The position numbers and the translations under genes were made by a program. Positions 13,370-25,330 of a stretch of DNA of 64,000 bases are shown here, in pieces; the first letter of the stretch is position 1; each line of letters begins with the position of its first letter. Origin of the DNA: Octopus vulgaris (Eukaryota); contig OX597816.1 in assembly GCA_951406725.2 (NCBI GenBank), positions 111,042,001 through 111,106,000 of the forward strand. Direction: 5' to 3'. Under the pieces are notes generated by a model, which saw only the letters and a program-made list of their open reading frames with translations, made no database searches and was not told where the DNA came from.

Positions 13370-14745
13370 CTGCCATAGCCCGAAAGGCTCTCAAACGGTG
13401 CGTCCTCGAGAACTGGTTTTTTTTCATTTCTTCTTATCCTTTCTGTCTTTATGTTTTTTCGTTTGTCTTTTTACTAACTAATTTTTTGGATTTTGTTTTC
13501 AATTCTATACTTTTCATAATTTTTGTTGAAATTTTTGTTGAACTATTAAGAGAACTTTAAAAAAAGAACATCGTGGCGAAAAAGGAGTTCATTGTTCACA
13601 TTTAAGTGAATTATTTTGGTGGGCGGATCCTCTGCCGCCATAAACTGTGGAATTCTTTTTTGCTACTGTGGAAAAACAAAATTTTCTTCGTTGTGTATTT
13701 ACCACCTAATGTTAAATTAATTTTGTTCCTGCTACTGTGTCCCCGACTCAATAGAGTACCTCTTTTGGAAACTACAACGGCCAGGAGTACCGGTTGGCTG
13801 GAACTTCATTTTTTTGAAGAAGCTGTTCCAGTGATTTGAACTATCAAAGTGCAAAGAACTGTCGCCCTGCTGAACTGTTTTTTCATTTTTTGTTATTTTT
13901 TCTGTCTATATTTTTCTCTTGTCTTCTTTCTAACTGCTTTTTTATTTTATTTTTAATTCTTTACTTCTCATAAATTTTTATGAACTATTTAAGAGAACAT
14001 GGCGAAAAAGAATGTCTTGGAGTGGGAGATTATCCAACCTAAAGAGTGGATTAAACAGCAGGAGGAGAACACGGTGGTGTTGAAAAGATATTTGAAGGTT
14101 CTCGACGCCATCGGCGTGTTCTCCAAAGAAGTAACAGGAGAATATTTGAAGGACTATCTACCAAATGTGAAATTTATTGCACGGTGTGTTGGATATGCAA
14201 CGATTTGGTTGCTATTTGACAACCCGGATGAGGCTCGCATTTTTGCGAGCCAGCCCCAGGAGAGCAATAAAATTTGTTTTTTCCCACGTATTGTGGGAGG
14301 ACACTGACGCGGGCTTGTGTTTGTGGGTTGCCACCGAACTTAAAACCAGGCTGGATAGAGGACACTATCCGCCGGGGTTTGGGTGGCAGCGGCACCAATC
14401 TCATTAATGTTAAATTATTACCAGTGGCTGATTGGGTGGGGTCAAAAGTTATTTTGACCCTGTGGACCCAATCAGTAAAGAAGTTAGTCTTTCCAGTATT
14501 TTTAACTATGGCTGGGAGCAGGTACCCGGTGATTCTTGAGGATCATCCCCAAATGTCACGGTTGTCTGTAACATGGCCATACAAAAGAGAATTGCCCCCA
14601 GGACCAACAATCGGCGGGCGTTGTCTGTTTCCTCCATTAATCATCATTCTCACTTTTCATCTCATATAACATTATGTCTGTATCCAGCCCGCAGCTTCCT
14701 TCTTTCTCTATGTAAGGCCATTATAGCCAATTTAATGAAATAAAG
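13370..14745 (+). mobile_element. Tx1/L1-like non-LTR element, ORF1-only unit 1 (frameshifted)
   Basis: ORFs 13999-14307 and 14274-14669 join by frameshift. Shifted frame near 14550 gives PKCHGCL*HGHTKENCP (CCHC knuckle). T-rich 5' UTR has a diverged direct repeat, and the pyrimidine-rich 3' UTR ends AATAAAG. Confidence 0.65.
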
Positions 14746-15700
14746 CTTGCTTCCGGTTTATCGTTGTTCAGTTGGATTGTTCATTTTGTTCGTTATACGC
14801 GTTTTTTTTTTTGCTGTCTTGGCGGTGCGACGTTTTTCCTCTGGTCTAATGGAGGGGCGTTGTGCGGAGAGTTGTGAGGGTTTAAGCTATTCTTCTTCAG
14901 AATTTGTGTCGTATGAGGAAGAAATGGCGAAGTATTTGAACTAGATTGATGCAGTGATAGAAACAAGAAATTACGCCGCAACAGCAAAGGGAAAAATTGA
15001 AGACATAAGTCTGGAAGAGCTGAGCAAGTACAAGGAAATACTTAAAATGGAGGGGAATGACGTGAAAGTGTTCCCCGCCAAAGAAGTGTTAAATGATAAG
15101 GAGGAGAGAACTATTGTTTACAGGACATACATAGTGGCAACAAAAGAAATAGAAGTGGTATCGGAGACACAAATTGAAAAGGTGTTGAGGCCAGTCTGGC
15201 AAGAGATATCCTATCTTGCCAGAGGAAGAAAGTATGGAACGGTGGAAGTGAAGTTTCGGGAGATAGCTACCGCCAAACTGCACTCAGCCACACCATCAAA
15301 AACCGAAGAAGTGGTGCTTCTACTCGTATACCTTAGAGACGTGCTTCTAGGGTTAGGATAGAGGAAAGGACATACCACCAGAAATGAATGCAGTCTGGTT
15401 GGTGGCTGCCTTACTGCTAGGGATGGAAGAGAAGGTGGTGGCCCTGCAGGTCAACAGAACACCCTACAGAAACTGGCAAGGGCAGAGTCTAGACATGGTG
15501 GTACATATTAACCCAGAGTATATTGAAAGCATGGTGGAAACAATCACGGTCGGAGACGTGACACTGAAAGTCAGAGTGGAAGGGAGAATTCCGCGGTGCT
15601 ATACATGTGGCCTGAAAGGCCACATTAGAGTGGATTGCACTCCACCACTTGCGAAAACTACGGAAAGGTAACGAAATGAGAAAGTACAGTAATTTTGTTT
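14746..15700 (+). mobile_element. Tx1/L1-like non-LTR element, ORF1 unit 2 (frameshifted, truncated)
   Basis: ORFs 14954-15361 (RNYAATAK..YGTVEVKF) and 15384-15671 ending VEGRIPRCYTCGLKGHIRVDC (CX2CX4HX4C). Confidence 0.75.
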
Positions 15701-15779
15701 TAATAAACTTTTTATATATATTTTGAAGCTGAGAGACTCATCAATATGAAATGCCGAGAAATTTTGCAAAATTGCTTTA

Positions 15780-16167
15780 TCTGCGATGAGGACATTTGGA
15801 AGAGTCTATGTGGAGAAAAGCATGTAGCAGGGTAAGCTGATTAGCAATAAGCCATTGATAAACCTTGACCAGTTCTGAATTAATTGTATTGAGTAGGGCG
15901 GAAATGTCCTGGTGACTAATAAAAATAATAGTCATCAGGGAAATGTAGAAAATTTAATAAATCAATAGAATTGCATATATCATTTATATAGAAAGGGAAC
16001 GGATTTAATGGGGGCAGTATAGACCCGTTGGGTGACTCCTAGCTTTATAGTGGATATTGGTAATTTTGATGTTTCAACAGAAACACACTGTTTACGCTGT
16101 GAGAGGTATGATCTAAACCAATTTTTAGGAACACCACCTATTCCTATACGTCCAAGTTTGAATAGAT

Positions 16168-16170
<3 letters not shown>
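15780..16170 (-). mobile_element. L2/CR1-type reverse transcriptase remnant
   Basis: Minus translation [57 protein letters not shown], resembling GVPQGS..YINDL..FADD. Confidence 0.7.
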
Positions 16171-16225
<55 letters not shown>

Positions 16226-16296
16226 ATACTATTTATCTGTAGATGTATATATATATATGTATAAATGTATATATATATATACGTATATATATATAT

Positions 16297-16380
<84 letters not shown>
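16171..16380. repeat. (TA)n microsatellite
   Basis: Directly visible. Confidence 0.95.
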
Positions 16381-16385
<5 letters not shown>

Positions 16386-16550
16386 GAAATAGAAAGATGA
16401 ATAATCTTGTTGCAGATTAATCAAAAGTTTAACCGATACCTTGGTAGCAAAAATCACAGCAGAAGACAGCACGGTTGGAGGTACAACCATATGGTGTTGC
16501 AATAAAACGATTTCTGTTCAATCTTCGTTCAACTCCATTTCTTCAATTCA

Positions 16551-16556
<6 letters not shown>
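16381..16556 (+). mobile_element. 176-bp element sharing both termini with the PLE at 19045-20185
   Basis: First 54 nt are identical to 19045-19098. Last 59 nt match 20127-20185 with one mismatch. Confidence 0.75.
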
Positions 16557-16614
<58 letters not shown>

Positions 16615-16615
<1 letters not shown>

Positions 16616-17942
16616 AAAATAGTTAAAAGTGAAAAAAATACAGAAGACTTAAAGGTGAAAAAATATATATATTTGCGTCAATATGTATGAAGAATATTAA
16701 AAAAATTTTTTCCTTACAATGACATAGTTTAGAAGAAAGACCGGTTTCGCGTTTAGCTTTTCAAATTTCTTACGACGTTATGTTTATGTTGAATAGAGTT
16801 ATCGTTATGTTTATGTTTAAAAGAGTTCTAAATAAGGGGAGGTTATGAGTGATTTCTTCCGGTGTAAGGGAGATAATTGCTTAAATTTTTTTTCCTTTCC
16901 CTTGGTGTGAATTTCTCTGTATCAGTATGTTGGCATGGTTAAGTCTGGGCTTGTACTTTTCAATGAAGAATGTTTCCTTGTTTAGTCTAATTTATGTTGA
17001 TGATCCGATAGCACATTGGTAAAATGGAAAGATTAAAAATTGTGGTAGTAGTTGCTTTGCGCATTTCTCAATGTGCTCACTAAAAGGTATCATTCTGTAT
17101 TCTGGGAATGCAATCTTTTGTCGATGCAGTGTGCATCTACGTCTGAGTGATAGTCCCGTGGATCCCACGTAATCTTGGTGGCAGCCCGAGCATTTTATGA
17201 CATAAATAATGTTTTCAGAGGCACAAGTAAAGTTAGATTTGATCTTGAATTTCTGTCCCTCTTTAAAGAGGAATTCTGATCCTTCTAGCAGGTTTGGACA
17301 TGTTGCACAGTTCGATCTACCACATTTTTTTACTTTTGCATCCGTAATTTCAGAAGACAATTTTGCCTTTGTGAGAATCTTTCTAAGTGATTTAGGTTGT
17401 TTGTAGTTTTTAATGATTTGGTGTATGTTTAGAATTTCCTTTAATTTGGGGTCCTTATGAAGTATTGGTAAATTCTGGGTGATGATGGTGAAGGCTTTTT
17501 TGTTTCTGGGGTTGTATGTAGATATGTAAGGTAGTATTTTCGGGGAAGGTGTGTTGTTGTGTTGAACTGTTCTCAAAGTTTCTATGTTGATTTCTGTTGC
17601 ACGTCTGATCCCATCCTCTATGAGTTGAGCTGGGTATTGTATGTCAATTAGGGTGTTTTTGAGGTCTTGCAGTCTAAAGTTCCTGGTATTTTGTTCTGAC
17701 ACTATTGTGCATATCCTTCTTGCAAGGTTGAAGGGGATGTTTGTTTTAGTGTGTCTTGGGTGGCATGAATTAAAAAGAAGGTATTGTTTGGCGTCTGTGG
17801 CTTTGTAAAAGATGTCTGTTTCTATTTTAAGGTTAATTTTTGTGATTAGTATATCCAAGAACGGGAGCTCCTTTTGGTTGTATTCCATTGTGAACTGTAT
17901 ATTTGGGTTTATGCTGTTCAATAGGTTTTTAAACAATCGTCT
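16615..17942 (-). mobile_element. 5'-truncated Penelope-like retroelement (Neptune-type): RT thumb plus GIY-YIG endonuclease
   Basis: ORF 16992-17936: IQFTME..LPFLDILI..YLLFNSCHP, linker KCGRSNCATC, NIIYVIKC..YVGST..R..H. Frameshifted end RLNKETFFIEKYKPRLN. Confidence 0.92.
16733..16771 (-). ncRNA. Decayed minimal type I hammerhead in the PLE 3' region
   Basis: aagaaa-tttgaaaa-gc taaac gc-GAAACCGGTC-tttctt. Stem I is perfect, but the CUGANGA core is mutated. Confidence 0.55.
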
Positions 17943-18194
17943 AATATATATATATATATATACACATACACATTTACGTGTTTATGCGCGAATGTGCGTG
18001 CTCACCTACATTCACATAATTACTGAGACAAAAATACCAATTTAAATTTGTTTCATTTCTATCATTGTCGCAATGGGATTGGCAAACGCCCACATAAAAT
18101 ATTTAATAGCAGAGATTGTTTTGTAATAAAGGAAGCTGTAGAAACAGTTAGAGTGCTTTTCATTTTAGCCGAGTCTTTGATCACGTATAGCCAA

Positions 18195-18400
18195 TAGTGA
18201 TTCCAAATTTTGGCGCAAGACAGCAATTTCAAGTGATGGATAAGTCCATTATCTAGAACTCAGTATTCAACTGCTATTTGATTTATCGACCCTGAAAGGT
18301 ATAGTGGTGGTATCCGAAGTCTGGAAGGTAAAGACTTACGAAATGACACTAAGCATTTTGTTCTGTGTGCTACCGATTCTTCCACATTGCCACCTAGCGT
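18195..18400 (-). mobile_element. SINE family B copy
   Basis: ttccaaattttggcgcaagacagcaatttc...tttatcgaccctgaaagg...ctaagcattttg, similar to 2070-2520. Confidence 0.6.
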
Positions 18401-18983
18401 ATATTTCAACAACCCACCGGTTGTGAAGCAATGATGGAGGAGAAACAGACCCAAAGAGACACGCACTTTGTTTCCGTCAACCAAATCCACTCGTCTCCTT
18501 CCTTCTCCTTCCTAACTTTATCATTAATACTTTTTAGAATAACACCTACGTAAATTCTATAAACAAAACATTCAAAACAAATATTTCCATGAATTGAAAA
18601 TATTTCATGAATTGAACAGGACTGCTACCATCCACTGACTATTCAAATTACTACTATCACGGCACTCCCAAATTATTCTTCTCCTTCTACCCCTTCTCCT
18701 CCTCCTCCTCCTTCTTCTTCTTTTTCTTCTTCTTCCCTACCAAGAATTCACAACTACCTCGAACCCACAAGAGTAAACAAGAGAGACAGACACAGACAGA
18801 AACAAGGAAAATGCCACTTGTATTTGAATACTATACAAATATTCTTTTTAAAAAAACTTTTCTTTTAATTTTTCTAAATTTTATTATTTAATTGTTACAG
18901 TTGAAAATGTCTCAATGACTGTAACCGGTACTGAAATGATTTTTTACAAAATTATTTTAGCATTTTCTATCTTGACTTTTTTC

Positions 18984-19044
<61 letters not shown>

Positions 19045-19049
<5 letters not shown>

Positions 19050-20181
19050 GAAATAGAAAGATGAATAATCTTGTTGCAGATTAATCAAAAGTTTAACCAA
19101 TGTAAGATTTACACGGACTCAGATGTCTACTCTTATGTCGGGGCCTCATCGTCAACATTGTCCTCACGAATCTCCAACCATTACGCAACTTTTCGAGACG
19201 TGAATAAATGCCAGACCACGGGACTTAGCAAGCTAATATGGCGATTGAAGAATACGAACTCAAGCTAAAGCCTGGAATGGTCAATTTTGTCGGTGGCCCT
19301 CCCATTTGACAGGGGCAGAAAGAAGTGCAACCTTTGTGTCTCCGAACTCTTCCATATATTGTTCGCCAGAGACCGGATGGTAAACGGACTTTTACAGTCG
19401 GCTTTTCGATGCCCCCACTGGCAGCGTTATACTTATCTTGCTTATAAATAACACTTATAAATAATACCTGCACCCGGTTACACTACTTATATGAAAATAG
19501 CCCTTGGAAATAAATTCTGAAAAACTTTTAAGAGAAATATGATTAACCATTGCAAGGGGAATTACTCCTGGGAGACGATTGGTGGTTTGTCTTGACAACG
19601 GGGGGTTTCTTTGACAAGGCAGGTTTAGACGAACACACGCACACATAAAAAACTTTTTTCTGCCACCCGACGGATTTTACAGCAGTGACCATTGTGTAGG
19701 GCTGTTTACCAACTGACGGCCACGTGATCAAACGCACATACGAACACATAGAACAGTACACACACACATGTTTCTAAGTAGATTTTAGTCTCGCCCCATA
19801 TAATACACCTAATATTCTTTAAATAGTCAGAACTTTAGTCGCGGTCACAAAGAACATCTAAACACCCCGTGCTCCCACCCACCGGAATGACCGCTGCCTG
19901 ACCCGTTAAAACCTTCAACACACCCACCACCAGTTTTCAACATACATTGATAAAAAGCTTGGCCATGGGCTCTTAGGAGCCCCGTTCGATTTGTTTTGCT
20001 CCGCCTCTGTTCTGTTTTTGTTTTTTTCCAACGGATTTCCTATTTCTTCCTGAAGAGAAAGACACAATATGGTCTCCTTATTCAATCGGAATTTGGTAAA
20101 TTGTGCCTTTCGAAACACATGTAGAATGCAATAAAACGATTTCTGTTCAATCTTCGTTGAACTCCATTTCTTCAATTCACT

Positions 20182-20185
<4 letters not shown>
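19045..20185 (+). mobile_element. 5'-truncated Penelope-like element (GIY-YIG end, 3' region, hammerhead)
   Basis: YSYVGASSSTLSSRISNHYATFR..TGLSKLIWRLK, then WSILS and CNLCL. Flanked by (TA)n on both sides. Confidence 0.85.
20047..20126 (+). ncRNA. Type I hammerhead ribozyme, intact core
   Basis: ttc-CTGAAGA-gaaagacacaat...attgtgcctttc-GAAAC-acat-GTA-gaa. Confidence 0.8.
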
Positions 20186-20220
<35 letters not shown>

Positions 20221-20225
<5 letters not shown>

Positions 20226-20609
20226 CGTGATGCCTAAACCAATCAGCTCAACCAACCAATCAGCTTAAGTAATTGAGTGATACTACACACTGATTGGTCA
20301 GAATACAGTTTGCAAAACCTAGCACTCTGGAGCCTACCCAGCTGTATTTATAGCACAGAATCACTCATCTTGCTACAGTCAAAAATTGTGAAGCATGACT
20401 GTCAACACTACTACATGAACCCGAAGATTGCAGAATTCAATGCATGAAAGTACTAGTTCAATCAGAATGAATATTTAACATTCTACTATTTCATTTTATT
20501 TTACTCAATTATAATATATTATCTTATAATATATCATTATAAGATTGTAAATAAAACGTGAAAATCAGACAAGGTTGGAATTCTTTTTATTAATATATTC
20601 TTCTATACA
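20221..20609 (+). mobile_element. Possible solo LTR / promoter-like repeat
   Basis: Three CCAAT boxes (two forward, one reverse), TATTTATA at about 20345, AATAAA at about 20550, ends ATACA. Confidence 0.35.
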
Positions 20610-20622
20610 CAATCACACACAC

Positions 20623-20688
<66 letters not shown>

Positions 20689-21519
20689 GTACAAACATAT
20701 ATCTAATTATATATATGTATAAATATATATTTATATATACGTATGTGTGTGTGTGCGTGTGTGTGTGTGTGTGGTTGCATAAATTTGATCAGAAGATATT
20801 TTAACATCGTGAAGAGATAGTTGTATGCAATGAAATACTGGTTCAATACCTAATAGTTTTCAGAATGAAATTCCCTTAAAACAATAGGTGCATATTAAAC
20901 ATATAGTATAATATCCATTTAAAAGAAGAAAGGAATTGGAGAAAAGGAAGGAAATAATTGTTTATTATTAACAAAATTTTGTCATCTTTGCTTTTTATAG
21001 CCGTTTCATTCAATGCACAATAATTTAATTCCAAATTTGTACATTAAATTTACATTTATGTGACCTGTGGATAATTTCATCAGAGAAAGAAATTTTAAAT
21101 ATACCTTTGGATGTTGTATGAGGATCTATCATTTCATTTCACCAGACCGAAAATGCAAACTATTCACCTGTAAACCATATATTTAAGACAATAAATCACC
21201 AAGGAGACAGAGCGGAGGAGTTTTGTGGCTTGGGAATCATATTGATAATTAAATAAAATGACAGATACGTATACAAGAATGCCAAAACAATCTATCCAGT
21301 ATTTATATGATGAGGAAGAAAATTTCTACGATATTTGCGTAATTCTTTAAAATTTACAATATGTAAGATGAAGCGAATGTTTTAGTTAAATCATTCATCA
21401 CATAACTTTAATGTTGTTATAGAAATAGTATATTAAGAAATAATATATAATTAGATAGAATGATAGCTGGATGTTCTATTACATCTATTTGCTGATGTAA
21501 CACGAATTAATCTATTTTT

Positions 21520-22330
21520 GTTTACTGTCAAACCAGATGGAGAATATTTATGATAAATAGTGCATTTGCAGTCGAAGAAAACTGTCAACAGTGTCTTCAC
21601 GCTGCTTCGACTCATTCGTGCTTTCTCCGATCTTAGAGAATTTGGAGACTTTCACTGCAAAGAGTGAACTTTAGTTTCGGGGTAATAGTCATAGACTCTC
21701 AATTCGTCAGCTGTTATATCCGTTTTCAAAACAGTGTCCGTCTACTACAGCACAATCAATGAGATTCTGCGCCACTTAAACCCGAACTTTTTCATTAACC
21801 GAAGGCAGTTTTGAAACAAACTTGGCAGACAGACGACTTATATTCAAATCATCAGTGAGAATTAACTAACCTGAACCATAACTAATGTTCACATCCTTTG
21901 ACAACTCATGTACAGTGATACATTAGTTTTTCCGAAGATGTGTGGTTTCATCAGTTCTACTGGTTGCGGTCTCCCAGAAGATCTGTCACTCTTTTTCGGC
22001 CATCTAGAAGCCCTTACCACCACTTGTATACTCGGGTCTGGCTCATGCACTCCTCTCCATACGTTTTCTGCCACTTCGTGTAGGTCTCTGCACAAGATTT
22101 TTGCAACATTGTTGCTTATTCTCTGCTCCTACTTATCTGCCATTCTTTCCGATGGAAGCTCTGTGCTTTGTGAGACATACACTACGCACTTTTCTTCCAA
22201 ACACTGCCATGAATAACAGAAGTGAGCGAGAATGCTATACCTCAGTGTGCATTGGTGACAGAGTTTCAGCTCAATTTGTGCCAAACGACATCACTCTCCG
22301 TACTCTAACTCAGTTACAAATGCAACTGTG
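21520..22330 (-). mobile_element. Decayed mariner transposase (N-terminal two thirds)
   Basis: Frameshifted YGEECMSQTRVYKWW..SGRP..ISYGS..ILTDDLNISRLSAKFVSKL..ITADELRVYDYYPETK..KARMSRSSVKTLLTVFFD. Confidence 0.85.
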
Positions 22331-23203
22331 CGATATCTTTTGATCAGATGTCTTGACACTCTAGATCATCTGTTTTAATTTAGCGTTGCATGGAACGTCT
22401 GCATGATTTCTTCTCCGTGCTGAGGTGACTATAGAGAGTCTGACGAAAACAATTTCAGCGTGTTTTCGGTAACGAAAGTTTAGAACTAAGAACCAAACTT
22501 ATTTTGTTTTAAGCCGTGATTGTTACACCTCAATCAATAACTGCCTGTCATGGACTTTCTAACGCCAGCTTATTCGAAAACTGGAATGATTCCATCAAGA
22601 AAACCTGCCTTCAATCATGAACATCAAATGTATTGACAATGTCAACATCGTTGCAGTTCTTGAACAGGTAACAGCTTTGAGGCTACCATCATAAAATAGT
22701 CACACAAGGTCATGCCCGCAACATGTAGAGTTCTAGATTGCTACGTCAGATCATCTACAGCGACTGTGTTTCTGTGAGCATGTGTATGTGTTTGTATGTG
22801 TGTATGAGTGCATGTGTGTGTCTGTATGTGTGCCTGTATGTATGTGCATTGTGTTATTATAAGTATCAAAAGGAGAGAGGAACAGAACATTTCCATATAC
22901 ACGTCTCTGTATATGTGTGTGCGTGTGTACATGGGTGTGTGGATGTGTGGGTGTTTATGGGTATCCATAAGTATTTGGAAGATTTTCATGTGATAAACAT
23001 GTCTGACAACATTTAATGAAAGAACCTGTCATCGAATAACGCGTAGTTTCTAAATGAGTTTACAGATATCCATGCAACATAGCCACCATTGTTACAATTT
23101 ATAAACATAACTTCGCTGAGTTTCTGAAAATATTCAATTTGCTGAATGTAAAAAATATACGTAAACGTATATATCGAGAAGTGCGTTATATATAGAGAGC
23201 TCT

Positions 23204-23343
<140 letters not shown>

Positions 23344-24386
23344 AATAAGTTATTTTAGTACAAAATACCATCGTTTTGGATAGTGAGAATTTCAATTATT
23401 CCATAGTAAATTGGTTCTCGATCATTTCGACGCTGTGGTGCACTGGCATAAAATAAAAATATGACTTGTACACTTCCCTCCTAAATTTAAGGGAAAACAA
23501 GTTGGAAAATTTAAAAAGTAAATAGAAACTTATTGTTTTCTTTGCCTATTGAGAATAACTGTGTATACCATCATTTGAATACGTTGCTTTTCAACAATCT
23601 GATGAATACTTATTACTAATATAAATTCATTCAATTATATACTTACTTATAATCTGCGTTGCGCTTCATGATCAGTACTGCTACGCAAGTACTTAAACAA
23701 CAGTGTACGCAAAAAATTGAGGTGGCTGGTAAAAGGGTATGAACCGAAAGTAATAAATTTTGAGTACTTTCTATGTTGTTTAAGTCTACCTTGCTTTTGC
23801 TGAGATGTATTGTCAAATTACATTTGCCCACACGCCATAGGATATCATCCAAGCACATGAAGAACAATGATATTGCAACACATTTAATATTTAAATCCTG
23901 CTGTTGTGCACATATTCAAGTCTTGAAATTTTGGCGCGAATCATATTTTCACAAGCATCATCAATGTTGCAGATCATATTTCATGACATATGACATTCTG
24001 ATGCCATCTTTTATAATTGTACTTTTACTTATATTTATTGGGCGTTCATTCACTGCTCTGGTGGTGGTATTAAACTAGACGCTGAGTTAAAACATTTTCA
24101 CCAGATATTAATGTAAAATTTACTTATCTTTCGAATGTGTTCAGAAATGTTTTGAGTCATCTTATATATATATGCATGTATGTGTGTGTGTATGTATGAA
24201 TGTATATAGATGTATATATATTTGTATGAATATATATATATATACAAGAAGTATTGGTATCTAGAAGACCCAAAGAGTGGCGGTTAACACTGAGTAAATG
24301 CTATGGACAGACTGTAGTTAAACTCTTGTTTCGATAGTGATATGAATGAGGAGTCTAATGTAGGTCTTGTATTAACATGCATATAA

Positions 24387-24517
24387 ATATTAGACAAACC
24401 AAGATAACAAAGTCAAGGCTGAGAGGAGTTTTTAGAACATTTATAAGGAAGATTTCCTTATCAATGTCCTGAAAACTCTTTACAACCTTAGCTTTGTTAT
24501 CTCATTTTATCTAATAT
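24387..24517. repeat. Imperfect palindrome of about 130 bp
   Basis: atattagac..ataaggaa-gat-ttccttat..tctaatat, arms of about 64 bp. Confidence 0.8.
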
Positions 24518-24587
24518 ATATATTACGCCTTGATAGATCGTTAGCTCCTACACGCATTGTTTTACTCTCATTGTTTTTTTCTGTGTA

Positions 24588-24625
24588 TCTTTCTGTCGAA
24601 GAGCGTAGGCTCGAAACGTAAAAGA
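24588..24625 (+). ncRNA. Minimal hammerhead-like motif with variant core
   Basis: tcttt-CTGTCGAA-gagc gtag gctc-GAAAC-GTA-aaaga. Confidence 0.55.
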
Positions 24626-24722
24626 CTTGTTCTTTTTCTATTCCTGAGCGACATACTAATACATTTGTTTTGTTTGTACTCCACCTGCCTTCATCTTTTG
24701 TTTATTTTCGTAAACCTTCCCG

Positions 24723-24751
<29 letters not shown>

Positions 24752-24755
<4 letters not shown>

Positions 24756-25202
24756 AATATTTTGTATTTATATAGATAATTATAAGAAGAGTTTGGCTAT
24801 ATGTCTCACCACGAATGAAAAATAGACGCCAAATGACACTATTACCACCATAAATTCTCCGAGAATAACACACCACATAATAGGCTAGCAAAAGAAAGAA
24901 AATGAATTAAAACCTTCGTTTAAGCGCGTACAGAGACACTCGTGAATTTATGCTATACAATACCGTCACTGATGAAAGCAATAGGTAATATTTTTATATT
25001 TTAAGCTCGAAACAGGATCTTGTTCGCGATTAACCGAAAATTTTAATTCATTTTCTTTTTTTTATTAGCCTATTATGTGACGTGGTATTCTCGGAGAATT
25101 TATGATAGAAATAGTGTCATTTGGCGTCTATTTTTCTATGCTTGGTGAAGCACATAGCCAAACCCTTGTTATAATTATGTATATAATTATAAAATATTTG
25201 TA
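24752..25202. repeat. Long inverted repeat (arms about 24752-24928 and 25025-25202) with a hammerhead-like motif in the spacer
   Basis: aatagacgccaaatgacactatt / aatagtgtcatttggcgtctatt and taaattctccgagaata / tattctcggagaattta. CTGATGA..gctcGAAAC at 24969-25013. Confidence 0.85.
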
Positions 25203-25240
25203 AAATTTACCTCTGAGGTCTTTATTTCCGCTCTGGCCAC

Positions 25241-25330
25241 CTGGTGAAAATCATTAATGATTTTTACCCTTTATTATAAATATCAAGGACTATGATTACG
25301 TAAGTAAAATCGTTAATGACGAAACCGGTC
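25241..25330 (+). ncRNA. Decayed hammerhead with long stem II
   Basis: CTGGTGA..tcattaatgatttttac/gtaaaatcgttaatga-c-GAAACCGGTC. Stem I is not recoverable. Confidence 0.5.

Noticed and set aside
14745-14756. U6 snRNA-like start gcttgcttc at the Tx1 junction
   Set aside because: The match is about 9 nt and does not extend.
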